A DNA stretch of 36,758 nucleotides from Octopus bimaculoides (lineage: Eukaryota): assembly GCF_001194135.2 (NCBI RefSeq), contig NC_068988.1, positions 48,466,605 through 48,503,362 on the forward strand. Reading direction: 5' to 3'. The notes beneath the pieces were generated by a model, which searched no databases, was not told the DNA's origin, and saw nothing but the letters and a program-made list of their open reading frames with translations. The position numbers and the translations under genes were made by a program. Every line of letters starts with the position of its first letter. The first letter of the stretch is position 1. Below, piece by piece: positions 1-13,132 of the stretch.

Positions 1-83
<83 letters not shown>
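1..83. repeat. (AAT)n microsatellite, truncated by the window edge
   Basis: Perfect aat repeat seen directly. Confidence 0.99.
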
Positions 84-85
<2 letters not shown>

Positions 86-2949
86 CTGGAGTATTTAAAA
101 TTGCCATGAAGAAGAGGAAAATTTAGTATTTGGAGTAGTATAATTATTTGTTTGAGAAAGATTAGTTTCCTCGAAACATTTATTTACTAAAAAGAATACA
201 ATCAGGGTTGACCTGAAGTTGAACAACGATATGATATTTACAAACTATATCAATAAAACAACTGAAGTTACTTACGAAAAATTCCTAACTTGTAGTACTT
301 CAATTAATATAAACCAACAATTTACATATTTTGCAGACATGGAGTTGCTTATTTTTGCCGAGTGATTTCATAATTTAGTTCTGTAAAGTGTATGTAGGAC
401 AGAAACAGATAGCGACGTACTTTTACTTACAACATAATTCAAAATGGAGGATTAACAGTCGTGAAGATAATTGACCGCGAGTAAGAATTACATGAATATT
501 TATAGTCTGACAAGTGTCCAAATGTGTTAATTAAAGCAACTTAAGATATCAACAATAGCGCTCAGAATATCAACCAAATAATAATGATGATGACATCTCT
601 TCTTCAGTGTGGATAACAAAATATATCACCTCCTGCAAAACTTTTAGTATACATGGACTGACTAAACATTTTTCAAATAGCATTACGCTGTTCGAGTTCA
701 ATATTTCTACGCAGAACATATCAAACTCATAATGAGATACTGCTTCCACGGTGAGGACGGTGGAACAACTGCATACGAGACATTGAAAACTGCTTAAAAC
801 ACCACCAGGTAGATTAGCAAGAAATTTCTCATCAAGAAAATGTCATCTCTTCTCACGCAGCAAGATAACACTTACTGCAGCGGTATCTATACCGCAGAGG
901 TGGCTGATGTCATGATACTTCTACTCATGTCCATTTAATTTACTCCTGTTTCTTCTTCTTCCTTTCACCACCCGTAGTGTGTTCATCCTCCAGACACCTC
1001 ACTCATTACTTTTCCAGCTCATTCTTCCCAAAACATTAAATTTGTTGAATCCCCTACTTGTCCGCGCTTTTTTTACTGCTATCAAGTTGTGATGTTTAAG
1101 AAGAATTAATATCAACAACGTCAATCGTAGAGTCAATGGGGTTATGTGAAGGCTATGGGTGCAACACCTTCCACCAGAGTCAAGCTCTTAAACTAAAAAG
1201 AAATATTTCACTTTACACCGAAATTAATTTTCTACGTTGGTTATTCAATAACACTTGATATGATTAAATATAGGATTAGCCCCTCAAAAATTTATCGTTT
1301 TAAGTTCTCATATTGTAATATTCTTTGTAGTCAAATAATAATGACAAATAGTAAGAACTAAAAGTTTTAATTAGTTCAGGTAGGTGGTAATTTATCTAAT
1401 GTCGAAAGTATATAATTCTCAGTGAATTGAAATTTTCCTTTTGGTTAGAAAAATAAACAAAAAATTAGTGGTAGATAAAAGAGTAAATCACCCTCAAATA
1501 AGTGGGCAGATAATTTTGCAGAGTATGTAAATTTCATGTTTCCGAGGCATCTTTTCCTCTCCATTGAGAATTGTTTATGTCTGGCATTGAAAGCATCAGC
1601 ATGTGTGAGCATAAATTATTATAATCTATGATTTGGGTATACTTGAATTATTGTACTTAACTTACTTTTTGGAATTATGTAGAGCACATAAGGTCATTAT
1701 TGCTTTCCTATTTGTAAAAATCCTCTCGGTAATTTCCACTCATTAAATAGAATTGCTTGTGAGGTCAAATAATACAAAACTTTCACAGGTGCTCCTGACT
1801 TGTCTGCATAGACCAGAAATTTCCTATAAGTATGAAAATTCAATTTTCTGTGAAATTAAATCTTAATTTCTTGTAATTATCTGCCGTTTTCTTTGATTGA
1901 CGCAAACAAGCGCCGTTAGTTTTTTTTTTTCTTCTTCTTACTCGAACTAAAATGCAAATTTAATTCATTGAAATTTTATTACATATGTTATCCAATCTTT
2001 CGCCACCCATCGTAATAATAATAATAATAATTAATGGACTCAACTTTAAATTGACATTTCGAATTGCTTCTTTTTTTTAATTTTGTTTTTCTCCTGATAC
2101 AGAAATAGATAACGCAAATATACTTTAGAATAACCATCATCGTATTTGTGAGAAAATTGAGATCGATAAAGATTTAGACTTGTCTCTTTATGTAAATTGG
2201 TTTATGTGTCTGAAATATTGTTCATCTAAGTTTACCTCTTATATTTCTTGTGAATATAACCATGAGTCTATTTTCTGTATGTCTATGATAATTTTGAAAG
2301 TAAACAAATCTCGTCAAATTGATTTGCTTTGTCTTTGTCTTTGCAGAATAATTGTTTCTTTACTGTATGCCACAAAGGAGTTGCAATGATTGCATAAAAT
2401 AACTTGGACAGATGTTAACGTCAAAGCACGATTTCTGTTAGAATCCTAGGAGACATATGCGGGTGTTTGTTTTGTAATTTAAAAAGGTTATATTTGTATT
2501 TTCAATAACGCTTATTCATCTCACTTCTGTAAAGTCCACTCGAAAGATATGATGAAACGTTCCTCCTAAATATTAAGGTAAGATATAACAAAGCTTTTCT
2601 AATATGTTGTATACAGCTGAGTAAACAGAATGGTAGTTGGAATTATTGTTATGTAGATCAGGTCAAATCTGAGTCGATCACATATGTTCGAAGACAATTT
2701 AGATATGACTATTCCATCAATTTCTGTATGACCTGTACGACATTATCGTGTGTGACTCTTCATTATCTATAGCTCTTTCATTAATTAACGATGTACGCTG
2801 TGTATTAATTGGACTCAGTTGCTAATTGCTGAATGCTGAACGACTATGTAGGGTTTCCCTATCTGGTTGTATGCGATATGATAATTGTTTCGTGCTGGCC
2901 ATCTCTAATAAGGTACATTTATGATTAGATACATGCCAACTAAGACCAA

Positions 2950-3330
2950 TTTAGTTTTAAAACAGTGAAACATGTGTCTGATATTATGAGCAAATCCAGC
3001 GACAACGTAATTCTCCGTTTCATTTGATAACCATGTGATTTTGACAGTGCGGGATACGAATTTTCTCCAAGTATTACTTTAACTTCAAATTGTTTTGAAG
3101 GAGCAACTATTTGATTGAAAAACACAAACTTCGCGCATTGGACTGACAAAATCAATAGATATGCGTGCCTAAAGCTGCTGCAGTGGAAACCATGGGTGTG
3201 AATCAAACCGAGGCAATGCTTTCATTGCTAATAAACAACACTGACAATTCTTCACCATTGCTTCAATTTCTTTTCAAGTGAGCAACCACCATTAATTACT
3301 TCTGACGAGTGCTTTCAATCTTAAAGTATA
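2950..3330 (-). mobile_element. Decayed Ty3/Gypsy LTR-retrotransposon integrase fragment (H2C2 zinc-binding region plus start of the rve core; K02A2.6-like)
   Basis: Manual minus-strand translation gives LKALVRSN*WWLLT*KEIEAMVKNCQCCLLAMKALPRFDSHPWFPLQQL*ARISIDFVSP. This matches the Gypsy pattern MKxLARSYVWWPxxDxxIExxVKxCxxC...W.RIHIDFAGP (CxxC plus first catalytic D). It has several stops and a frameshift; the listed 2940-3206 ORF covers the shifted downstream part. Family match is from recalled motifs. Confidence 0.72.
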
Positions 3331-4559
3331 TGAATGATGCAATATATGTGTTTCAAAAACTTTCCGAATTAAGAATCTTAGCCAATCGTCAATATCTTGA
3401 AGAAAAATCACGATGCGTATAGAGGTAATGGGGATACAGACCCCAAATGATCAATTTCACACGGATTTTTTAATGTTTTCAAATAGTGATTGAGTTTGAT
3501 CATCTAGTTAGTAGTAAACGTCGAATACGGTGTATTTAAAAATATGCAGACCCGCAATTTCTGTAGCCGCTTGGGCTATTACATTTTCGTTTGACAAGGA
3601 TGTATATACAGTTAATGGCAATATTATTTATCAAACAAAAGCGGCATTGAGACAAGATCCCTGGAGTGCCTTAAGGTACTCTACTTAGGACTGTATATTT
3701 TATTGACCTATAATTCTGCTGTGGTTGAATTTACCTTGTACTCTTCTAGAAATTCATTCTGATACCGAATTTAATGAAGATTATATCTTTCGAAACTAAT
3801 ATTTCGAAGGTTGTGCATATGCCAAATTTCGATATTATTTATCAATATAAATCCAAATCTAAATTATATCATCTCACAGATCTTGAAGAACAATTTACTG
3901 GGGTTAATGACGTGTAATCCGTTTTCTTTTTTTTTTTTCTGGAAGACATTAAAAGAATGTGTTTTTGAGGCAAGTTTGTCGTTTACTCTTTTAACTAAAC
4001 TTGTATTTGAATATCTTGAGTGCCATCTTTATAATTTTCAGTACAAAATATTCAAATGCTACCAAGAGATAATAATACTGTTCTTCATTATCTGTGGAAC
4101 ATTTTAGCGTTTGAAGTAGGATCAAAGTAGTTTAGAAGATAAATATTTCAGTAGAGGCTTGTTCTAGAAAATATTGCTTTCCTGGTTAATTTCCAACAGC
4201 ATTCGGAAGAGAAAATTGGAGTGAAATCAATAGATTAGATCTCTGATTAAAATTTTAAGCATATGTCATATTTTTATCTACCATGTGACAGTATGTTTCC
4301 AGAAATTTACTAACAACTCAAATAGTGTATATTTTGAATATCACCGGTGCATTTAATCACATTGGATTCTATCTACTAAAGGTAACATTCAAGCAAATCA
4401 GGCTACTTTATGGTGAGCAATCAGCAACTAAAAATGTTCAACCAAGCAAATTTGGCTGCGAGTCATTGCGCTGGATTAAAAAAAAACGTGTTGAAGGGTG
4501 GCAGAGAATCTTGTAGAGAAGCAAACAAACAACCATATAGAGAGAGAGATGACAGGAAA

Positions 4560-4790
4560 TACTAGGTTTTTCGTCCTGTTGAAATAGTATGATGATGCAA
4601 CTTGACTCCAGTGTTGTACTGTTTTAGTCAAGACTCATTTGTTGATGACTATCAAAGATGGATGGTGCATGTTGCATCTCTTGCAGTATATCTGCTGTTG
4701 TTTTACAATCCATGTAATAATATTTTGCAGTTCCCCAAAAAAAAAACTTTCTTTAATCGCAGCTGTGCTTCATAGAGTAAAATGAAATAT
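4560..4790 (-). mobile_element. Possible heavily decayed mariner transposase remnant
   Basis: Across frameshifts it reads LRLKKVFF..NCKILLHGL*NN..TADI.. and GVKLHHH, resembling mariner LHPKKVMLCVWWDxKGIIHYELL..TITAxxYC and GVILHHDN. Very degraded. Confidence 0.35.
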
Positions 4791-5280
4791 TTTCTTGCTG
4801 GAATTTGATGAAGATATTGCAAGTAGAGTGTGTACATTTTGCTTCAAACAGCAGGTTTTTTAAGTTAGAGGTCATGAGATTTGATGTCACATTAAACGCG
4901 GTATCATACGAACTTAATCTGTCATAGGAATTGTATCTTTTAGAATTCTGTGTATTTCAAAAAGTAAATACAAATTGAAAGGCATGGATGGTTTACGACC
5001 AAATTTTTCAGAAACAAAAGCGTTATATATTTCTTCACAAAACGAAGCCGATATTTTAGATTCTGTTTCCTCTGAGTTGAAAATTCAGCATACTTTATTG
5101 GATTCGATGCAAATATGATCGAACAGGGGATATTTTACCTTTTCAGTGCAATACTCACTTTTCTTCAAAGACTTCAAAAACATGGCATAGATTTCAACCA
5201 TTTCACTTTTAAGACAAAAGCAAAATGCTATGGGTGGAATGGGTGTACCTTATGTATTTTGTAATTATTTTCCACAAAGC

Positions 5281-5450
5281 CGGCGAACTGGCAGAATTAT
5301 TAGCACGCTGGACCCAATGCGCGTCGTCTACGAACTGATTTCAAATACGGCTTAAGTCATATTTGCATTTCATCTTTTGAACACTGAAATTGATATAATC
5401 GACTAGCCCCTTCCACCAAATTTTGGACCTTGTCCCTATAGTAGTAAGCA
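5281..5450 (+). mobile_element. SINE family A copy, degenerate with internal deletions
   Basis: Starts cggcgaactggcagaattattagcacg and ends aatcgactagcccc...ggaccttgtccctatagtag, collinear with the reverse complement of the 7790-7998 copy. Confidence 0.6.
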
Positions 5451-5784
5451 TTCTTTTTCAAAAAAAAAAAATAATAATAATAATAAACTGTTGATTTACA
5501 TACATTCCTTCTTAAATATGTGTGCATCAGTTTATAAACGGATTATATATTGCATCTGCAAATTTTTCCAGAATTACAGAAGTTCTCTGTAGATTAACAG
5601 TTAAGTTCACCACTGAGAACATTCTATTTACCAGACAATTTATGCAACTCAAGTATTTTGAATTGCACACATTCACTTTTGATCAAATGGGTATGAAAAA
5701 TTAACTGTGGGTCATTTTTATATTTATATTATTTTGATCAAACGCATGAACAAATTTGCCTTATGCGAATATGTGAATTTGGAG

Positions 5785-6046
5785 TCCGAAACTGCATGGA
5801 AACCCGTCTCTAGCATGTGTGTGTGCGTGCGTTAGTATATCTGCGTATGTCTTTGTGTGTGCCTTTTCTGTGCTTATCTCTTTCCATTCGACAGCCGATG
5901 TCCGTTTACTTAGATCTGGATATTTTACAACTTCCAATGCAATATATATCTACATCAGTCAATTTGTTCAGCTTAAACCTTCTAAAGCAGCACACCAGTT
6001 TGGCCGAAGTCCAGTGACTGAAACCATTAAAAAATTAAACAAGTAA
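5785..6046 (+). mobile_element. SINE family B 3' half, degenerate
   Basis: gaaactgcatggaaacccgtc, a (GT)-like tract, then ccagtttggccgaagtccagtgactgaaac, matching the layout of the 29075-29460 copy. Confidence 0.45.
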
Positions 6047-7789
6047 AATGGATGTGTTGTGAGTAACTTCATGAAATAGATTCGAATAATCGTACAAAAC
6101 TTTTGACTGTTAATTTTATTAAATTTTCATTTTCGTATTTCTAGGCACTAATTTACTTAAAACACTTCCCACCCTTATGAAGCCACCCCGATAATTTGCG
6201 TCGGAACTAACAAGGTTCTATAATTTCTTTAACATTGAGTCTTTAATTTTAAATATGCTCGCACCTTACCCATATTTGAATTAGGAATTAAACTGTCTTT
6301 GAGTTTGAGTTAAATGTTTCCGTTTCTTTTTCCTCATCTTCAACAACAGCATCCATTACAATATCGGTCCTAGCAATATCTGTTACTGAATAATTTTCTT
6401 CGGATTAAGTAGTGTTACTGACACATGTTTTATTCGTTTCCAAATGTTAAAGGTTAATGAGAGATACTTTATATTGAGCATTATTTTCATTTAACTTTTC
6501 CTGACGTAAGTCACCTGCAGGACCGGCGCCAGGTTAATTAACACCCTCTAGGTTTTTCTAAAGCTGTTTTTGCTTCTAACAAAGCACTGCTGTGAGCCAG
6601 TCATCAAGACATAATTAACTTGCTAACGAGAAATCTATGCTTTTATGATTATACTTATCAACGAATAAATCAGATATCTTTTAAAATTTGAACTGTTTCA
6701 TACTATAAGCATATGACAGGTCATAATACCACACGACCCCCTCCACATTACCTTGCCTTCCCTTCTTCATTCTTTCGGGGGGGGGGGGGCAGGTTTTCAA
6801 TTCGATTTTTAAAAATATATCAAAGTTGTTCCAAAATTGCGTGACAGCCCCAGATTTAAGAACACTTGGTGATCATTTAATTTAGCCATGGTTACCCGTA
6901 GTATTGGATACGGTTTTAATTAACTGATCAAGTGCTATGTTTGTTTTTGTATTTTGTTTCACATCTCTTATATTACCATTTCACAATCATACAAATTAAA
7001 GGAGAATCTCAATCTGTTTGCTATCGCTGTTAAAAACGGCAAGGGATTCCACTTCAAATGATACACTACAGGTCTAGAAAAGGAAGGACACATCAGATAT
7101 CCTACTCGTATATACACTATTCTTGAAAAGAAAAACGGAATGGTTACCAGTCATAGATCTCCACGTTCAGAGCTGACGGGGAGCGTAAGCAACAAGTAAT
7201 CTACTGGATTTAGTATCGTGGACTTTACTAAACTAAACAAATTTTCACACAGTTCACGTGATATTACTGCATATGTGGTACCACAGTATTTGTTGCCTCA
7301 TCTACACATACCAATACGCAGTGACACGCTGAGAATTAAAGTTTTCACTTTATCAAGAAAAGACAGCATAATATAATTATGCCTGCATAAGCCTGCATAC
7401 AGTCATACTTTTGCTAGAAACATTCAAGATTTACTCAAGTAACATGGTAGAAAAAGGAAGCACATTAAATAAAAGTTTGATAATTGATGAACAAGTCATG
7501 ATTAGAAGGACTTTCTTCCCTTTACAATATCATCTTTTGTCAAGTCACAAAAAACTGTTTGTGGAAAAATTGTTTTGGTACCCTAGGTAGTGCGGTATAG
7601 AGTGAGCAAAGTTAATGCATGAATATATGATTATGAGCTGATGATGATAGCGATCGAGAGGATACGAAGAGGAGAGGTGGAGTAAAGGAGTGAAATGGAA
7701 GAGAGGTGATGATTAACTTTGAAAATATAAAATAATTTTGGCTAAGGGGTCACGGGTTTTAAGAAAGAGATTATAATCAATTATCATTT

Positions 7790-7998
7790 TTATTACAAGC
7801 ACAAGGCCTGAAATTTGGAGGAAGGAGATAGTCGATTACATTGACCCCAGTACTCAACTGGTACTTAATTTATCGACCCCGAAAGGATGAAATGCAGAGT
7901 TGACCTCGGCGGAATTTGAACTCAGAATATAGTGACAGACGAAAATACCGCTAAGCATTTCGCCCGACGCTCTAACGATTTTGTCAGCTCACCGCCTT
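7790..7998 (-). mobile_element. SINE family A, near full length and well conserved
   Basis: The reverse complement reads ggcggtgagctgacaaaatcgttagagcg...gagttcaaattcc (B-box-like)...ggggtcgataaattaagtaccagttgagtactggggtcaatgtaatcgact...aggccttgtgc. Homologous copies occur at 22.5, 25.4-25.8 and 26.0-27.1 kb. Confidence 0.85.
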
Positions 7999-10900
7999 GG
8001 TTATAATGAATTATACTGAGCCCAGCACTGGACAAGTAATTATTTTGTTGATTCTGGAAAAATCAAGAAGTAATGTTGACTACGATGAGATTTGAACTCA
8101 AAATGCGAAATAAGTTGCAATTAATAACGTTTTTTAAGTTGTTAAGCCATACGTAAGACATTTCAGACCCAAACAAAGACCGATATCACTACTAAATTTA
8201 GCGTGGAGAAATATGAAGAAAAAAATGGAATAGAGAGGATAAAATTATAAAGAAAAACACAACGAAACCTTGTCCTTTATTTTCCGAGCGTCCTTGTGTG
8301 TTGACATCGTGGTATCAACTAATTACAACAGCAGTCAAATAAACCAGACTAATAATATCAGTTTATCTCATGTCTTAGATTGCTGTGTGTGTGTGGGGGG
8401 GGGGTGATGTAGTGTTGGAGAATGGGGTGATTAATGGAAGCTGTTATTGAGAAAATCTCTCAGAAGCTTTCAGAAGGTTTCCAATGCATGATTTTCAAAT
8501 GTAAACATCATCTGTGCATATTTCATACTACTCAGTCTAGAATAACATTAATTAATAAGTGAAACTAAAATGGATGAGTATAAATCCGAGTCTTAATTCT
8601 ATTTAGCTTTTAAAATCCTATGAAATTCCAACGTCGACTGTAGCCAACATTTTATTGCCTACTCAATCCGATTGACGAATAAACTTGCTTTTATAACCGA
8701 TATCAGTAGAGAAATTTCAGAATCACAACGAATAAAGAGAAACTTATTATATTTCCTTTTGACATGACACTCACATCTGCATTTGATCGTGCATCTAGAA
8801 CATCTATGCAGCCTTTGAATATCTTTAGTAGTTTTTCAATACTGTTGAATAAATTTAATTGTTTCTCGTTCATTTCCATTCCTGCACACATTCACTGTCA
8901 CAAATGGGCTGTGGTTAGAGTATTTGTGTACTAAGCGAAGAGTTGATATTTCTATTCTTGTTACGAACCAATACAGTGTTGTATATCCGTTATAAAGACA
9001 CACACACTCACACGTATATTCTGAAATTTCTCTCGTCCAGTCTAATAAGATGTTAATAGTTACAATAATGAAACACCGCTCAGTATATGAAGTAGGAGCG
9101 AGAATCATTTCATTGTTAGCAATTCCATTAGCTTAGTCATTCTAACACTAAATACAACCCGCTTCTTGCCGAAAAACTATTACCAAACACATTTTTTGCT
9201 ACCCCTCTTTTGCAACGCAAAAATAAATCAGTGCTTGTAATTATATAATACTTTCTTCACCATGGCTTTTGACTAGTTTACAATGCTTAAAACTATGTTA
9301 ATTTTATCTAACATGGTAATTTTCCCACCCTCATTTCAGTCATCACAACCTGTCTGTCTATGGTAAACACTGACTAAGTTGAATGTTAATATGTATCTTA
9401 TAAGTTCGAAATCTCTGGCCAGTTGTCAGTGGTTAGATGAATATACCTTGTAGTACTGTAAATAACTAAGAAGTTAGATTAAACTGCCGATGATCTGAGC
9501 GCACTGTTAGCAATCAAAATTATCAGCTCTATTGAGAGGCGTAGCGTGGTGTGTACGAGATGTGATGACTGCACAGACTTGCCATCTTTCGTCGGGCGTG
9601 CAAAATATGCTGAAGATATATTACAGTTAAGAACAGGATGTTGAATTTATCGCTCTGGGAGATCAAAACCCACGCACACCCAATTTACACTCCCTACTTA
9701 CGTTTCAGGATCATAGATGTCTTAGTTGCCATTTATTTCTTACCTAAAATCATAGGCCTAATGCTCATCATTAAGAAGGCGGTAAATTAAATGACAACTG
9801 TACCATTCCTTTAGACATTCGACATCATAACAATCTAGATTATAGAAGTTAAGAAGTAGTTACGCAAGGAGTTATATAAGCAATACAGAGAAAGAGTGCA
9901 TCTGCCAGTATATCTATTACAATAAGATGGTTTTGATACGATCTGATCTTCTGGTACAACTGCATCAATTTTGTTTCACGAATACTGAAAAATGAAAATA
10001 ATAAAGTACCAGGGATACAATAGGCAACACATTTGGTGAGGCTTAAACACATGCACAATGGTTAAATGACTATGCTACTTGACGATGCTGTTCAAGGTGT
10101 TTACATTGTTACATATATTTTCGATTGCTCAAACCAGGCTTACTTTCCGCAAACGATGCCCTTCACTTACTGAAAAATCGGAACATCGCGGAAGGTCTAC
10201 AAAAGTAAAAAAAATGTTGTTTCTCATCTCCTGATGAAATTCTCGTGACACATGGAATTTCTCACTTTTAGAAATCTTAATTATTGGTATCTGCCCAAGA
10301 TGAAAATCGTCTTCGCTTTTTATTTTTTCATTCATTTCCTTCGTTACATAATTCAATTAGAGTCCATAAGAGAAATGATGAAAGTGAACACAATAATCCA
10401 TAATCCTCTGTACACGATATAACTTGTACTATGTTTTCTGCTCTAGCCTTGAACTTCAGTAGCCGTTGCTATTGGTTACTAAAATAAGATCGAGACGCAT
10501 TGTTATATTTTAAAGGATACTTATTTTCTTTTTACGTTCCCTAAAAAATTTGTTTGTTTTAGAAGCACAAATCTAAATAATGTTTTCTTGAACAACGAAT
10601 GATGTAATGCATTTATATTGTCTACTTACTTTTACTATTTTTTCTCTGTGTTTTTCTTTTCTATTTTTCATTCTTTTGTCATTGTTTCTGTATGAGAATA
10701 TCCCAAGTGGCTGTCATTTGTCTTCTTTTCAGTAGTTCACGAGCTAAAGTGCATATTTCTGAACACAACACTCTAACGCAAGAAGAGAAACCACTCAAAT
10801 ACATAGTCATCCATGTTTTTCTTTTATACTCCATTCGAATTAGCAACACATACATGAAAACACACAAGCACGCGCATTCAACACCACATGGACACACCCA

Positions 10901-12934
10901 CACAGCAACACCTTCATTCTCGATTATTCACACACACAAAAGAAAATCATGCCCAAAACGTGTATGTGTACATGTGAGCAACAGCCATCTAAATACAACT
11001 GAATTACAGTGATCCGCAGCACCAATGATGGTATTTGCGCTACCTTTATTTTTTTGTTTTTCTCAAGCTGTTGAATGCTGTTTTCTGCTTAACAATAATA
11101 TATAAAATAAAAATGAAATCAGAAACGGATAAAGAACGGTATACGAATGAAAAACATTGAAGTACAATCTGTGAAGAAATATTTTTGGTTTTGCACTGCA
11201 TCGCTGCTTTTGTGTTTGGATTAAGTGTTTGCAATTCGTTCTTACCACTCCAGCACAAATAGAACCAGCATAGTTGAGTTTTCTGAAGGACGAGAGAGAG
11301 CTGAAGAATAATTCTGCTAGAACTGGAAGAAATTACGTAAGAATTTTCCAACGACCCTGATTGTTAAAGCTTATGTTTTAAGCTGCCGACAAATTGAAAC
11401 TCTGATGCGTTTTATATCTGTTATAGCCTATTTCATTATACTGACGTTGAGTTGATTCCCTTAGAAATGCTTGGCTATAACAGACTCATTGCTTTCCTCC
11501 TTTCCTGTCCTGTATGATATTCAGCATCTTCGGTATAGAGAAACGTATGTGTATGCTAATCATCAACAAGAGCACGCATACAGAATGAACTGGAGGATTT
11601 AGTATTAGTCATTATCGTTCTGAGATCGAATTGAGCCGACGTTAGCTTCAAATTTGCCTTCCTTCTGGATTAAATAAAGTAAAGTAGCTTTAAAGTACGA
11701 AGGTCTGTGTAATGAAATAAGACATTCTCATACTTCTGAGCAACTACCACTTTCAGAAAGGATTTCTAAATTGCCATACATCTTGAAAATAAACGGCACT
11801 GAGAGACAAAAAGTGCAATACATATTTTTAAATAGAATTGTACAGCATTGAGTAGTAGACCAATATATTCTGAGGCGGAATTTAGCCAATGCTAATTCTA
11901 CTTTCCATCCTTCCACTGTTGATGTCCAGTGAAAATTCCAGATTCCGAAAGAAAATGATGAGAGACTGAAATGATCTGTAGATTGTCGAACATTTTCAAC
12001 GATAGCAAGAATTAGTAAATGTAGTGCTTGGGGCTTTTCACTCATTGACTGATATCTGTTGATTTTATTGCATTCTGTTGAAACACTCAAGCCTGGAGTC
12101 CTAGACGTTCTACACCTCACTCGAGAGTGACTGAAGCATCTTCTTAATGAAACTAAGAATATACACTTACAGGCTACATAATTCACAGTTCAATCTAAAT
12201 ACTTGTGCAGCCTTGTGCTTAAATTGTGAAACATTTTTATTGATTTCAAACGAAATATTTACCTGAGAGTCTTAACACTAAAAAACGTTTTCGTCGTCAT
12301 CATCACTTTCAAATCTGAGGTAATTTTAACGGCATTTGAGTGGTAAAGTTAATAGAGTGTCACTCTATATACCTAACGATGCTAAAATAACCCACTTAAC
12401 GTTCTCCCAGCCATGTCAGATTAAACGTTCGCTTTCCACGACGATCTCAAGCTTTCATTAAACCATGTATCTTTCAAATAAATCGGTTCCATTAAATGGA
12501 CTGCATCCTCACCTGAACAAATGTGGCGCCAGCGGTTATAGCAACACTTATTATGTCAGTGAATTTTTTATTGCGTGCGTTTATTATACAAACTGACTCT
12601 TTCCGCGAAGAGTTATTAATGAATAACTAATCAACAACCAGTATTATAGCAAACTGAGATGTCCATAGAAACAATACATCAAATACAATGCGAATCCTAT
12701 ATTAGCCAATACACCAGTTAAAATACAAAGCGCAGCTTATGTATCTAATGCACACTAACTATAGGATAGCTGAACGCATCATTAAAAACGTTATAAATCA
12801 AAAGATAAAATGTATTGAAGTAAATGGTACAATTATAATAATTATGCTTTCAGACGTTCCCGAAATCCCAACTCGAAAATATCCATGAAAAATAAATGTC
12901 TTTTATTTATTCATTTTTTTAATAAATTTCTTTT

Positions 12935-13132
12935 AGTCAATAGATTACGGCCGTGCTGGGGCGCCACCTTTAGCCGAATGAATCGATCCCAGTACTAGAT
13001 CATTTTGTTTTTTAACTTAGTCTGTCGGACCCTTTGTGGTGAACTGCTTTGTTCCGGGGATATATGCACACCAACAACCATTTTCAAGTGAAGGTGGAGA
13101 GCAAACACAAACATAAACACACAAACACATAC
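12935..13132 (-). mobile_element. SINE family B 3' half, repeated at 13821-14016
   Basis: The reverse complement contains gtactgggatcgattcattcggctaaaggtggcgccccagcacggccgtaatctattgactaaaa, equivalent to the family B 3' end at 29385-29460. Confidence 0.6.

Noticed and set aside
424-570. GGLTVVKIIDRE...DINN resembling cadherin/protocadherin DRE and DxND motifs
   Set aside because: The frame has several stops, the spacing is too short for a cadherin repeat, and no other cadherin motifs are nearby.
880-895. Small palindromes (gcggtat-ct-ataccgc at 880-895; atagagtg-t-cactctat at 12352-12368)
   Set aside because: Stems of 7-8 bp are expected by chance and have no supporting context.
6513-6541. 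CCTGCAGG, GGCGCC and TTAATTAA sites in a row, like a synthetic polylinker
   Set aside because: No flanking vector sequence; best explained by chance.
11728-12186. 152-aa minus-strand ORF, the longest one free of repeats
   Set aside because: No recognisable domain or motif and no convincing exon boundaries; an ORF of this length can arise by chance in 37 kb.
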